Shown here piece by piece: positions 1 through 8,859 of a stretch of 49,002 nucleotides of DNA. The notes beneath the pieces were generated by a model. It saw nothing but the letters and a program-made list of their open reading frames with translations. It made no database searches and was not told where the DNA came from. The position numbers were made by a program, and so were the translations under genes. Positions within the stretch are counted from its first letter, which is position 1. Each line of letters begins with the position of its first letter. Source of the DNA: Flavobacteriaceae bacterium (GTDB lineage: Bacteria > Patescibacteriota > Minisyncoccia > Phycocordibacterales > UBA1006); the NCBI GenBank assembly GCA_047614005.1, contig JBLHIK010000002.1:1-49002 (forward strand). The letters run 5' to 3'.

Positions 1-102
1 AAGAGCAGAGTCTTGCTCCTGTTTCTCACTGCTGTTTTTGAAAAATGAGACAATAACAATACAGACAAGAAGACCACTTACTATGAAAAGTTTCCGTTGC
101 AT
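1..102 (-). CDS. 5' part of a CDS that runs off the window edge; hydrophobic N-terminus (MQRKLFIVSGLLVCIVIVSFF...)
   Basis: ATG at 100-102 on the reverse strand. The frame stays open to position 1 (34 codons) and starts with a signal/TM-like segment. Confidence 0.3.
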   Translation of the reverse strand, partial: MQRKLFIVSGLLVCIVIVSFFKNSSEKQEQDSAL

Positions 103-149
103 GCTTTTGCTCGGTAAATAATCTTTTATATTCATACTTAAAGTATAGC

Positions 150-935
150 CTATTTTTTTCTCTTTGTAGACCTCTCTGTGAGGATTATCCACTTTTCTAA
201 GGAGATTTCTTCGCTACGAATATTGAGAGGTAGAGAATGCTCCGAAAATATTCCCTTCCAGTCTATCTCAGGAAGTATCCTCGAAAGATTGTTGGTAGTC
301 GTTTTTCTCTTTTGACCAAAGGCGCCTCGGACGATAGTAAAATAGTCTTTTTCAGATATGTTATTCGTGGTAAAAAAGTCTTTGGAAATATTGCTGACCT
401 CCAGTATGGCAGAGGTTACCTTTGGAGGAGGAGAAAAGGCTTCTTTTCGGACGTTCATGAGTTTCTTGACGGTGCCGTATGCACGCACTGACAAGGATAG
501 AATGCTCGCTTTTCCGTCTCTTTCTATTACTCTATCTGCTATTTCCTTTTGAACAAGGAGAGTCATGTTTTGGGGGTTATTGTCGGTATGTTCGAGAAAG
601 GTACGTAAAATAGCACCGGTAATATAGTATGGTATGTTTGCCACTACACTGTATTCTCCAAGGGTAGTAGGAATCTTCCATTCTAATATATCAGAGTGTA
701 CGAGAGTGAGAGATTCATTTTTGATATTCTCCGCAAAGGTTTCTTTTAAGATAGGTATGAGCAGGGGGTCTGTCTCTATTGCTGTCACTATAGCCCCTTT
801 TTCGAGCAGTTTCGCAGTGAGGACGCCTTTTCCTGGACCTATTTCTACTATAGTGTCGCCTTTTTGCACTCTGTCACACATTTTTTCTATGACAGTATTT
901 GATCGAAGAAAATGTTGCCCGAGCTTTTGTGGCAT
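150..935 (-). CDS. rsmA: 16S rRNA (adenine1518/1519-N6)-dimethyltransferase RsmA/KsgA
   Basis: The N-terminus QKLGQHFL, the SAM motif VEIGPGKGVLT and NIPYYIT are typical of KsgA. The ATG at 935 is preferred over the TTG at 950 in the ORF track. Confidence 0.9.
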   Translation of the reverse strand: MPQKLGQHFLRSNTVIEKMCDRVQKGDTIVEIGPGKGVLTAKLLEKGAIVTAIETDPLLIPILKETFAENIKNESLTLVHSDILEWKIPTTLGEYSVVANIPYYITGAILRTFLEHTDNNPQNMTLLVQKEIADRVIERDGKASILSLSVRAYGTVKKLMNVRKEAFSPPPKVTSAILEVSNISKDFFTTNNISEKDYFTIVRGAFGQKRKTTTNNLSRILPEIDWKGIFSEHSLPLNIRSEEISLEKWIILTERSTKRKK

Positions 936-936
936 A

Positions 937-1308
937 TTAAGATGTTCCAATCATAAGAACAGGTTTTGCTAGTTGCCCTGTTGGACATTGCCCTGTTGGA
1001 CAAGGAACAAAACAAGGGATAGGGACTGGAGCAGCAAAGCCTGTTACCACTCCAGCTATATAATTACCATTCCTTTTAATTTGAGTCCCTCCTGTTATAT
1101 AAAAGTTACCACCCTCTACACCTATAACAGTGATGAGTTGCCCAGCACTACATAATGGATTTGCAAGAACAGATACTCCTCCAAATTGAGTTACAATACT
1201 TGCCTTTCCGTAAGCTTTCTGAGGATTTTGAAAAAAAAGAAAAGCACCTACAAAAGAAAGAACAAACAAAGAAACTATAAGTATTTTTTTATATGAGATT
1301 GCTTTCAT
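937..1308 (-). CDS. small secreted Cys-rich hypothetical protein
   Basis: N-terminal signal peptide (ILIVSLFVLSFVGAFLFF). The C-terminus carries a tandem CPTGQCPTGQ encoded by a 2x15-nt direct repeat. The gene ends 1 nt before the rsmA start. Confidence 0.55.
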   Translation of the reverse strand: MKAISYKKILIVSLFVLSFVGAFLFFQNPQKAYGKASIVTQFGGVSVLANPLCSAGQLITVIGVEGGNFYITGGTQIKRNGNYIAGVVTGFAAPVPIPCFVPCPTGQCPTGQLAKPVLMIGTS

Positions 1309-1349
1309 ATATATAGTATAAGGTAATTTCAGAAAAATACCAATATATT

Positions 1350-3305
1350 TTAGAGTTTTAGAAATTCAAAGAAATCTCCCGAGTCTATGGGACTGTCTTT
1401 ACTACCAGTAGAGGTGTTTTTCTGTTCGGAAAACATGCCATCGAGAATCTCATGAGGTATATCGTAGACAAAACGTGAAAGACTGTGATATCCCCTGTTT
1501 CCAAATATCATTCGTGATTGAGCCCAAGAGAGAAACACTTTCTTTTTTGCTCTTGTGAGTGCCACATACATGAGGCGTCTTTCCTCTTCGAGTTTGTTTG
1601 GGTTGTCGTGTATCATTCCTCCAGGAAAAACCTCCTCTTCTACTCCCACAAGGAATATGTATTTAAATTCAAGACCTTTTGAGCCATGGATAGTCATGAG
1701 AGATACGGCGTTGCTGTGCTCCTTCATCTTTTTTGCCTTATCACTTTCATGCACAGACAGGGCGGCATCTTCGAGCATTTGTTCTGCCCCTGCGATTCCA
1801 TCCAGATGACTATATCTCTCTGCTGTTGATATGAGTTCCCCTATGTTTCCTATCTTTTCGAGATTGTCTTCATTCATGCTTTCTTTGAGTTCTTTTTCGA
1901 GTCCACTTTGCTTGAATATATAATGAAGTGTTTCAGAGAGAGAGTTTTTTTCTAGATGTACCTTTATGTCAGTGAGGAGTTTGTAGAAAATATGAATACT
2001 CGCCTGCGCTTTTGCGGGCAGGGTGTCTTTTTGTCCTCCAAAGAGTTTTGCTATGGTTACTTTTCCTATTCCTCTTCGTGGAGTATTGATAACTCTTTTA
2101 ATGTCAGCAAGGTTTTCTGGAGAAAGTGCTGCCCGCAGATATGAGAGCATATCCTTGATCTCTTTTCGTTCATAGAATTTTGTACCTATTATCTTGTAGG
2201 GAATGTTGCGACGTATACAAAACTCTTCCATGATGCGAGATTGGAAGTTTGCTCGATAAAGGACTGCAATATCCTTTGACTCTGTTCCGTCTTTGATGAG
2301 ATTAAATATTTCTTGCGTTACTTTTTCTGCTTCATCTTTTTCATCGAAAGCAGAAATAAGCTGAAGGTGAGAACCTTCCTCGTTTTTAGTAAAGAGTTTT
2401 TTATCGTGACGAGCTTCGTTGTGTTGAATGACACTATGAGCTGCTTCGAGAATATTTTGAGTAGAGCGATAGTTTTGCTCGAGGAAAATAGTTTGTGTTT
2501 TTGGAAATTGTTCTTCAAATTTGAGAATATTTTCTATGGTTGCTCCTCTCCATTCATAAATAGTCTGGTCGGTATCACCCACCACACAAATATTTTCTGC
2601 TCCTCCTATAAACTGAGACATCATTTCATATTGTATTTTGTTGGTGTCTTGATATTCATCGATGTGAATATACTGAAAACGGTTTTTATAGAGAGTTCTC
2701 ACCTGTTCATTTTCTTTCAAGAGCTTATGTGTTTCTACAAGTAAGTCATCAAAATCATATGAATTATTTTCTAACAGAAGCTTGTCATATGTTTTCCATA
2801 TTCGCGCAGAAAGAGCAGTGTGAGGAGACTCGTTTTTCTCTAAGAGATGCTGCGCAGAAAATCCATCTCCTTTTGCTCGAGAGATAGTATTGCGGACTCG
2901 TCCTGGATCATTTTCTTTTGTGTCTATTCCGTTGTCTTTCATCGCTTGTTTGATGTATGAAAGAGCGTCAGAGCTATCGAGGATAGTAAAATGTCTATTA
3001 CGAGAGAGGTGAGCAGACTGTTCTCTGAGTATAGAAACCCCAAGTGAGTGAAAAGTAGATATAGAAGGAAGGACGCTATGAGGAAGAGCTACTTGTATCC
3101 TTTCTCTCATTTCGCTTGCTGCTTTGTTGGTAAAAGTAACAGCGAGAATAGTGTGAGGAGAAATTCCTTTTGATATGAGTTCGATAAGGCGAGCAATGAT
3201 AGTCTTTGTTTTGCCGGCTCCCGCACCTGCAATAATAAGAAGAGGTCCTTCGCTGTGACACGCTGCGCGTCTTTGTTGCTCATTTAATTCTTCAAGATGT
3301 TGCAT
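1350..3305 (-). CDS. uvrD: ATP-dependent DNA helicase, UvrD/PcrA family
   Basis: Walker A GAGAGKTKT, motif II DEYQDTN and motif VI VALTRAKKK. Confidence 0.9.
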   Translation of the reverse strand: MQHLEELNEQQRRAACHSEGPLLIIAGAGAGKTKTIIARLIELISKGISPHTILAVTFTNKAASEMRERIQVALPHSVLPSISTFHSLGVSILREQSAHLSRNRHFTILDSSDALSYIKQAMKDNGIDTKENDPGRVRNTISRAKGDGFSAQHLLEKNESPHTALSARIWKTYDKLLLENNSYDFDDLLVETHKLLKENEQVRTLYKNRFQYIHIDEYQDTNKIQYEMMSQFIGGAENICVVGDTDQTIYEWRGATIENILKFEEQFPKTQTIFLEQNYRSTQNILEAAHSVIQHNEARHDKKLFTKNEEGSHLQLISAFDEKDEAEKVTQEIFNLIKDGTESKDIAVLYRANFQSRIMEEFCIRRNIPYKIIGTKFYERKEIKDMLSYLRAALSPENLADIKRVINTPRRGIGKVTIAKLFGGQKDTLPAKAQASIHIFYKLLTDIKVHLEKNSLSETLHYIFKQSGLEKELKESMNEDNLEKIGNIGELISTAERYSHLDGIAGAEQMLEDAALSVHESDKAKKMKEHSNAVSLMTIHGSKGLEFKYIFLVGVEEEVFPGGMIHDNPNKLEEERRLMYVALTRAKKKVFLSWAQSRMIFGNRGYHSLSRFVYDIPHEILDGMFSEQKNTSTGSKDSPIDSGDFFEFLKL

Positions 3306-3502
3306 AAAAAGGAGTATATCATAAAAGCATCACAACTTTCGTTTTTATGTTACAAAATATAATATATGCTTGTCAATTGACGAAATTCCTGCAACTGATA
3401 CCATTTTATATGTAGCTTGACTGAAACACATTTCACGAAAGATTTACTTCCGACGCTACTTTTTGTTGTGCAATATGCACTACAACATTCAATATAATAT
3501 TT

Positions 3503-4615
3503 ATGGAATACCCACAAAAAAGCGAACCTTCCTCGAAACAGATACTTTCGTATCTCAAAACCATATCTACTGATACTGTAAAGCCATTTGGCGTTGCAGT
3601 TTTTGGCGGACTACTTATGTTTGTAGGTATTGCTTTCTCTGTGCAATATTCATCAGCACAAACTGATAAATATTATCCCGTATATAATGCACAAACTATC
3701 CCCCTTCTCTCTTCTGGTGGTATTGTAAAAGAAAATATATCAACAGCAATTGGAGGAACAAAAGTATCAGTCATAGAAGATGCTCTCGTTCCTACTCATG
3801 GTCCACAAGGAACATATGCTGATGTTGAAACAAAGATATTTTATTCTACTCCTGGTTCACATATTTTTACTTATGAGGTAAAACAAGGTGACACATTAGG
3901 AGAGATTGCTGAGATGTTTGATATTAGATCAAACACTATCAAGTGGGCAAATCCTGATATTGGTACTAGTGGAACTATTCGCCCTGGTATGAATCTCACA
4001 ATTTGGCCGATTGATGGACTCGGAGTAAAGGTAAAGAATGGAGATACTCTCTCTAGTCTTGCTAAAAAATATAAAGGAGATTCAAGTGAAATAGCACTCT
4101 TTAACGGATTAGAAAATACTGCATCTCTCATAGCAGGAGAAATTGTCCTTATTCCAAACGCAGAACCTCTTTATGTAGCAACAAAGCCTAAAGTAGCTAC
4201 AACAGTATCTCATACAGCTCACACTAATACAGCACGTCCTTCTATCTCGAAAGGTTCATATATTCGCCCAACGCGAGGTATAAAGACCCAAGGTTTTCAT
4301 GGTCCATATCAAGCTATTGATGTGGGAGCACCTATAGGAACTCCTATTTATGCTATGGCAGATGGAAAAGTAGTGATATCAAAAAAGACAGGATGGAATG
4401 GTGGATATGGTCTCATGGTGGTAGTGGAGCATCCTCATCTTGGTTCACAAACTCTCTATGCTCACAATTCTTCTGTGATTGTAAATGTGGGAGAACAAGT
4501 AAAACAAGGAGAAGTGATAGCTTATGTTGGTAATACAGGGCGATCAACGGGACCTCATCTTCACTTTGAAGTGCGTGGTATATCTTCTCCTGTTTCTACA
4601 CCTTTATTATATTAA
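3503..4615 (+). CDS. LysM-domain M23 family metallopeptidase (cell-wall hydrolase)
   Basis: TM anchor, two LysM repeats (YEVKQGDTLGEIAEMF, VKVKNGDTLSSLAKKY), and the M23 signature GNTGRSTGPHLHFEV. Confidence 0.9.
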   Translation: MEYPQKSEPSSKQILSYLKTISTDTVKPFGVAVFGGLLMFVGIAFSVQYSSAQTDKYYPVYNAQTIPLLSSGGIVKENISTAIGGTKVSVIEDALVPTHGPQGTYADVETKIFYSTPGSHIFTYEVKQGDTLGEIAEMFDIRSNTIKWANPDIGTSGTIRPGMNLTIWPIDGLGVKVKNGDTLSSLAKKYKGDSSEIALFNGLENTASLIAGEIVLIPNAEPLYVATKPKVATTVSHTAHTNTARPSISKGSYIRPTRGIKTQGFHGPYQAIDVGAPIGTPIYAMADGKVVISKKTGWNGGYGLMVVVEHPHLGSQTLYAHNSSVIVNVGEQVKQGEVIAYVGNTGRSTGPHLHFEVRGISSPVSTPLLY

Positions 4616-4691
4616 TCCTTTCTCAAAACATTTCTCAAAACATTTCTCAAATCAAAAAAACAACCCATCAGTATTGATGGGTTGTTTTGTT
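4607..4691 (+). repeat. left direct repeat flanking the 2.2-kb islet (59 nt identical at 4633-4691; similarity extends back to TTATATTAA at 4607)
   Basis: Identical 59-mer at 6860-6918. The repeat includes the last codons and stop of the M23 gene plus the terminator hairpin. A 12-nt unit TCTCAAAACATT is tandemly repeated here. Confidence 0.9.
4659..4691. terminator. bidirectional rho-independent terminator hairpin
   Basis: Perfect 12-bp stem AACAACCCATCA/TGATGGGTTGTT with loop GTAT, an A-run before and a T-rich run after. Confidence 0.8.
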
Positions 4692-5227
4692 TAATGAGAT
4701 AAAAGATTATTAATAGCTTTTTTATAATTAACTTTCTTATTAAACATTATTTTATTAGTTATCTTTTTTCCTGTTTTTTTAATAATGTTTTTTAATTCAC
4801 TAGCTATTCCTTTTGTATCTTCAAAAACAAGCAAGGGTAATTCTTCTTCAATTGCCATAGTGGCTTCAGAGAGAGTTCCAATGCGACCATTGATTACTAT
4901 TGCGGCATCAACATTATGTATCATTGCCAAGCTTCGTGAGTTAAATCCTTTGATAAAATAACTTTTAGAATAAAAACTCAAACTTTCATCCGTATTTTCT
5001 TTATGTTTAGATGTATGGTATTTATCTATATTTTCAAATGGAAAATACCCAATGGTTGTACCTCCGCAGTTAAAAGTATTTTCAACTGCGATAGATGGTA
5101 TGCCATTACATCCTCCAGTAACTATGGTTATATTTTTCTCACAACAATATTGAGAAATTTTTTTTATAAATTCTCTGTTTGAGCTAGAAATAATAGGTAG
5201 CCATGAACTAAAAATTGCAATTCTCAT
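4691..5227 (-). CDS. LOG / TIGR00725-like (SLOG Rossmann-fold) protein
   Basis: TGGCNGIP and NGRIGTLSE resemble the GGxxGxM and PGGxGTxxE motifs of the LOG/DprA-related superfamily. Assignment is by motif only. Confidence 0.55.
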   Translation of the reverse strand: MRIAIFSSWLPIISSSNREFIKKISQYCCEKNITIVTGGCNGIPSIAVENTFNCGGTTIGYFPFENIDKYHTSKHKENTDESLSFYSKSYFIKGFNSRSLAMIHNVDAAIVINGRIGTLSEATMAIEEELPLLVFEDTKGIASELKNIIKKTGKKITNKIMFNKKVNYKKAINNLLSH

Positions 5228-5231
5228 ATAT

Positions 5232-5918
5232 TTATTTTTTTAAGGCTTTTACTATAAAAAATGTAGGATAAATATTATTGTTTAATTGCTCAGAAGCAGG
5301 GAAATCTGTTTCTTCTTGAAAATCAATAATTTCAAAATTTTTTAAAAATTCAGGATTTAAATACTCATTAAAAGTATGGGATGGTTCTCTTAGTTTAATT
5401 TTATTGTTGTAAATATTTGAAGTTACAATTTTTTGATTATAGTAATTAACACCATTTCCGTTATCTCTAATTTTTTGAAGAAACTGAATCATAGGATGTT
5501 TAGATAGTAATATAAATACACCTCCCTTTTTTAAAACACGAGCAACTTCACCTAATATTTTAGGTATATTGGTTGATGTCTGAAGCGCCCATTTAGATAG
5601 TATTAAATCAAATGTTTTATCTTTGTATGGGAGATGTTCTCCAACTCCTTGTTCAAACATGCCTAATGGGTTGTTTTTTATCGCTTTTTTAATAAATTTA
5701 ATACTGGGATCAATGCCAAATACATGAGCTCCGTAATTACTAAGTAAAGCAAGGTCTACACCATCACCACATCCAATATCTAAAATATTTTTATTTTTCA
5801 AATCCAAAAAATCTATTTTCGAATAAAAAGTTTTATTACTAAACTCATCTTGATTAAAGTTCTTAGTGTAGGTTTCGTGAAATTTATTATACTGTTCTTT
5901 TATTAGTTTATTATTCAT
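5232..5918 (-). CDS. class I SAM-dependent methyltransferase
   Basis: Motif I ILDIGCGDGVD, with GGVFIL downstream. The ATG at 5918 (MNNKLIKEQY) is preferred over the upstream start in the track. Confidence 0.8.
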   Translation of the reverse strand: MNNKLIKEQYNKFHETYTKNFNQDEFSNKTFYSKIDFLDLKNKNILDIGCGDGVDLALLSNYGAHVFGIDPSIKFIKKAIKNNPLGMFEQGVGEHLPYKDKTFDLILSKWALQTSTNIPKILGEVARVLKKGGVFILLSKHPMIQFLQKIRDNGNGVNYYNQKIVTSNIYNNKIKLREPSHTFNEYLNPEFLKNFEIIDFQEETDFPASEQLNNNIYPTFFIVKALKK

Positions 5919-5966
5919 GTTAAAAATATAACATAATATTATTGACTTATAAAATAAATATAGCAA

Positions 5967-6007
5967 AATACTCTATTTTTAAAAATATATTTTAAAAATA
6001 GAGTATT
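5967..6007. promoter_or_regulatory. 41-bp inverted repeat (18-bp perfect arms, 5-nt spacer); candidate operator in a divergent promoter region
   Basis: AATACTCTATTTTTAAAA-ATATA-TTTTAAAAATAGAGTATT lies between the divergent starts at 5918 (-) and 6026 (+). Confidence 0.5.
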
Positions 6008-6025
6008 ATCTTGTATACTTGATGT

Positions 6026-6790
6026 ATGCTTTTTACTCAAAAAGAAGATATAGAAGATAAGATAGTACGTTATCTTTTGATGGAAAAGCAAACAGCAAAA
6101 ACTATACTTTCTTACCTTAAAGACGAATCGAATTGTTCTTATACTATTCAAGCTTTATATGTAGTGTTGCGACGACTTATAAAAGCAGAAGTTGTAGTAA
6201 AAACTGGAAAATATTATCTTTTAAATAAGGAGTGGCAGGCAATCGTATGTTCTCATTTTCAGAATCAAGAAATGATTGAATTAGAGGAAGGAGAAAGTAT
6301 TACTTATGTTTTAGCTTCTCTAATACACTATGACCTTCAATGGAAAAATGTAATACTCCCTCTTCATGAAAGTTTTCCAGCGTTTCCTGTTTTTTTCTAT
6401 AACTATCATTATATATGGCTACACTTAAGTGATAGTAGAAAAAAAAGTGAACAAGCTTATTTTTCATCATTTTTGAAAAATAAAAATTATGCTTTTTCTT
6501 TGATTGGAAGTAGCAATAATCGTGATCTTGAAATAAAAAAGAAGTTACAAAATAAATTTGTACAATGGAGCACCGGTATAGAATATTTTCCGAAAACAGA
6601 CTGTATAACAGTTTTTGAAAATTATATAATTACAACGCGCTTATCTAAAAACTTAACTGAAAAATTAGAAAATTTATATACCTCCAAGGCTTCTATTTTT
6701 GATTTAGAATTCAAAAAAATAGGAAAAGAGAATAATAAAATAAAACTCATTATTGAAAAGAATGAAGCTAAAGCAAAAAAAAATACGTAA
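6026..6790 (+). CDS. hypothetical protein with a possible N-terminal winged-helix DNA-binding domain
   Basis: The first ~70 aa (IVRYLLMEKQTAKTILSYL...ALYVVLRRLIKAEVVVKTGKYYLLN) look like a wHTH. I do not recognise the rest. Confidence 0.5.
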   Translation: MLFTQKEDIEDKIVRYLLMEKQTAKTILSYLKDESNCSYTIQALYVVLRRLIKAEVVVKTGKYYLLNKEWQAIVCSHFQNQEMIELEEGESITYVLASLIHYDLQWKNVILPLHESFPAFPVFFYNYHYIWLHLSDSRKKSEQAYFSSFLKNKNYAFSLIGSSNNRDLEIKKKLQNKFVQWSTGIEYFPKTDCITVFENYIITTRLSKNLTEKLENLYTSKASIFDLEFKKIGKENNKIKLIIEKNEAKAKKNT

Positions 6791-6842
6791 AAAACTTTCT
6801 CAGACATTTTTTATTCCAAATGATGTTAAGGAGAAATTTGAT

Positions 6843-6918
6843 TTATATTAACCCCCCCCTCTCAAAACATTTCTCAAATCAAAAAAACAACCCATCAGTA
6901 TTGATGGGTTGTTTTGTT
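6843..6918 (+). repeat. right direct repeat flanking the islet (59 nt identical at 6860-6918), preceded by a C8 homopolymer
   Basis: Identical to 4633-4691. TTATATTAA (6843-6851) matches 4607-4615. CCCCCCCC occupies 6852-6859. Confidence 0.9.
6886..6918. terminator. second copy of the bidirectional terminator hairpin
   Basis: Same 12-bp stem as 4659-4686. It lies immediately downstream of comM (-). Confidence 0.8.
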
Positions 6919-8467
6919 ATGTAAACATAGTTGGTCTATAGCTGAGAGCTTCGAGGATGTGAGAAGATTCTATAGAGTCACTTTGATGAAGGTCAGCAAT
7001 AGTACGAGCAAGTTTCAGTATTCGATGATATGCACGAGGAGAAAGTTTGAGTTTTTCTGCGGAAGTTTTTAAAAGAGTATTTGTTTCTTTAGAGAGTTGT
7101 ATATATGTTTCGATATCTTTTGCATTCATATCGGAGTTTGTTTTTGAGCTATTGAAACGCCTATTTTGGATAGTTCGAGCTTTTGTAATCCTCTCTCTGA
7201 CAGTTTCGCTATTCTCCCCGTCGCTACTTGCCTCTTCTAATTTTTCATAACTGATTTGGTTTACTGGTATCCAGAGATCAATACGATCTACAATAGGTCC
7301 TGAAAGTTTTCTTTGATATCTCGAGAGATCATGAGCGCTACAAGTGCAGTTTTTTACTCCTGTATTATAATAACCACAAGGACATGGGTTCATCGCTGCA
7401 AAGAGTATGAAATTGGCAGGAAAGTGAGCGGTTCCTTTTGCTCGAGAGATAGACACGTTTCCATTTTCGAGTGGTTGTCTTAGTGTCTCTATAACTCTTT
7501 TGTCGAACTCAGGAAATTCATCTAGAAACAAAACACCTCTATGTGAGAGTGTAACTGCCCCTGGTTTTATATGAGCTCCTCCTCCAATAATAGAGACATA
7601 GCTGGCTGTGTGATGTGGCGCATAAAAAGGAGGTTGCTCCAAGAGAGTTTCATTGAGAGTACCTGCTATGGAATGTATTCCTGTGATTTCTAATTTTTCT
7701 TCATTTGAAAGAGATGGAAGAATACCTGCAAAAGCTTTGGCAAGCATTGTCTTTCCTGTTCCAGGCGGTCCAAAGAGAGCGATGTTGTGTCCACCTGCCG
7801 CAGCTATTTCAAGACCCCTCTTCGCTGCCTCTTGTCCTTTTATGTGAGAAATGCAAGTGGTATGTTTTTTGATTTGAGATACATCAGACGGCTCTGATTT
7901 ATAGAGTGAAAGAGAAAAAGAATCTTCTGTATTAAAGTGATTGATAAGCTGACTGAGAGTAGGTACAGCAACGATACGCATACCTTCTACGAGAGAAGCT
8001 TCTTTGGCATCATCAGGAGAAACATAGAGAGTAGTAAAACCTTTCTCTTTTGCTATTTGAGCAAGAGGTAGCATTCCTTTTATTCCGCGCAATTCTCCAT
8101 TGAGAGAAAGCTCAGCAATAAAGAGAGCTGTCTGCTGTAGCCTTTCATCTATTAGTAGTTCTCCTTTCGCAAGTAAATAGCCCAATGCAATAGCAAGATC
8201 AAAGTACGAACCTTCTTTTTTGAGTTCAGCTGGAGCAAGAGAAACGACAGTTTTCTCTTGAGAGTGCTTAGGGGAAGATTGTCCACTGTTGCGAAGAGCT
8301 GATCCTACTCGGTCTCGCGCTTCTTCGATGGCTTTGTCAGGAAGTCCAATGATAGAAAATTTATGGAGACCTTTTGCCACATCTGTTTCTACTGTCACAA
8401 TATGCCCTTTGAGTAAATAGGGCTGAGCACAAAATATTCGAGAGAATTTTGTGACGTGACTGCTCAT
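6917..8467 (-). CDS. comM: YifB/ComM family Mg-chelatase-like AAA+ ATPase
   Basis: Lon-protease-like N-terminal domain, Walker A GPPGTGKTMLAKA, Walker B LFLDEFPEF, and a Cys cluster CPCGYY...CTC. Confidence 0.9.
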   Translation of the reverse strand: MSSHVTKFSRIFCAQPYLLKGHIVTVETDVAKGLHKFSIIGLPDKAIEEARDRVGSALRNSGQSSPKHSQEKTVVSLAPAELKKEGSYFDLAIALGYLLAKGELLIDERLQQTALFIAELSLNGELRGIKGMLPLAQIAKEKGFTTLYVSPDDAKEASLVEGMRIVAVPTLSQLINHFNTEDSFSLSLYKSEPSDVSQIKKHTTCISHIKGQEAAKRGLEIAAAGGHNIALFGPPGTGKTMLAKAFAGILPSLSNEEKLEITGIHSIAGTLNETLLEQPPFYAPHHTASYVSIIGGGAHIKPGAVTLSHRGVLFLDEFPEFDKRVIETLRQPLENGNVSISRAKGTAHFPANFILFAAMNPCPCGYYNTGVKNCTCSAHDLSRYQRKLSGPIVDRIDLWIPVNQISYEKLEEASSDGENSETVRERITKARTIQNRRFNSSKTNSDMNAKDIETYIQLSKETNTLLKTSAEKLKLSPRAYHRILKLARTIADLHQSDSIESSHILEALSYRPTMFT

Positions 8468-8470
8468 GTT

Positions 8471-8830
8471 TTATTCGTCGTTTCTATGAGCTATACAAGT
8501 AGATGCTGCAGGATTTGCAAGGAGTCTCTCTTCTTCTATTTCATTTTGACAAGTTTGACACTTTCCGTATGTTTCATTTTCTATTCGCAAGAGTGCTGCT
8601 TGAATATTTTCAAGGCGAGTTTCTAAAATAGCCGATACTGCATTTCTCTCATTGTACTCTTCGAAGTGACTTGCCATTTGGTTGCCATCAGAAATTTCTC
8701 CTCCATCGAGAGTTTCAGGAGTGGCGATGTAGTCGTCATTTTTTTTATCAAATGTTCCAACTCCTAGGAGTTCTTTTTCTAAATTTTCTTTTTCTTCAAT
8801 AAGAACTTTATGCTGTGTTTCGTATTTCAT
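8471..8830 (-). CDS. DksA/TraR-type C4 zinc-finger protein
   Basis: A coiled-coil N-terminal part followed by CQTCQNEIEEERLLANPAASTCIAH. Confidence 0.75.
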   Translation of the reverse strand: MKYETQHKVLIEEKENLEKELLGVGTFDKKNDDYIATPETLDGGEISDGNQMASHFEEYNERNAVSAILETRLENIQAALLRIENETYGKCQTCQNEIEEERLLANPAASTCIAHRNDE

Positions 8831-8859
8831 ATATAAAAATTATAACATGAAAAATAATT

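Noticed and set aside
2313-2744. Antisense or shadow ORFs inside large genes (for example 2313-2744, 14617-15015, 17315-17821, 23231-23626, 26765-27139, 44637-45059, 28236-28529, 31476-31868)
   Set aside because: Each lies fully within a well-supported CDS on the opposite strand or in another frame. Their composition is low-complexity, and they are typical spurious ORFs of AT-rich DNA.
3306-3502. Riboswitch (for example cyclic-di-AMP/ydaO type) upstream of the LysM-M23 hydrolase
   Set aside because: The 200-nt leader is AT-rich, and I could not see the conserved GC-rich helices or ACGGGGA-type motifs. There is no support for it.
4621-4653. 12-nt tandem repeat TCTCAAAACATT (about 2.5 units) as an independent feature
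   Set aside because: It is part of the duplicated terminator-flank sequence, and the unit count simply differs between the two direct-repeat copies. It is reported within the islet finding rather than as a separate element.
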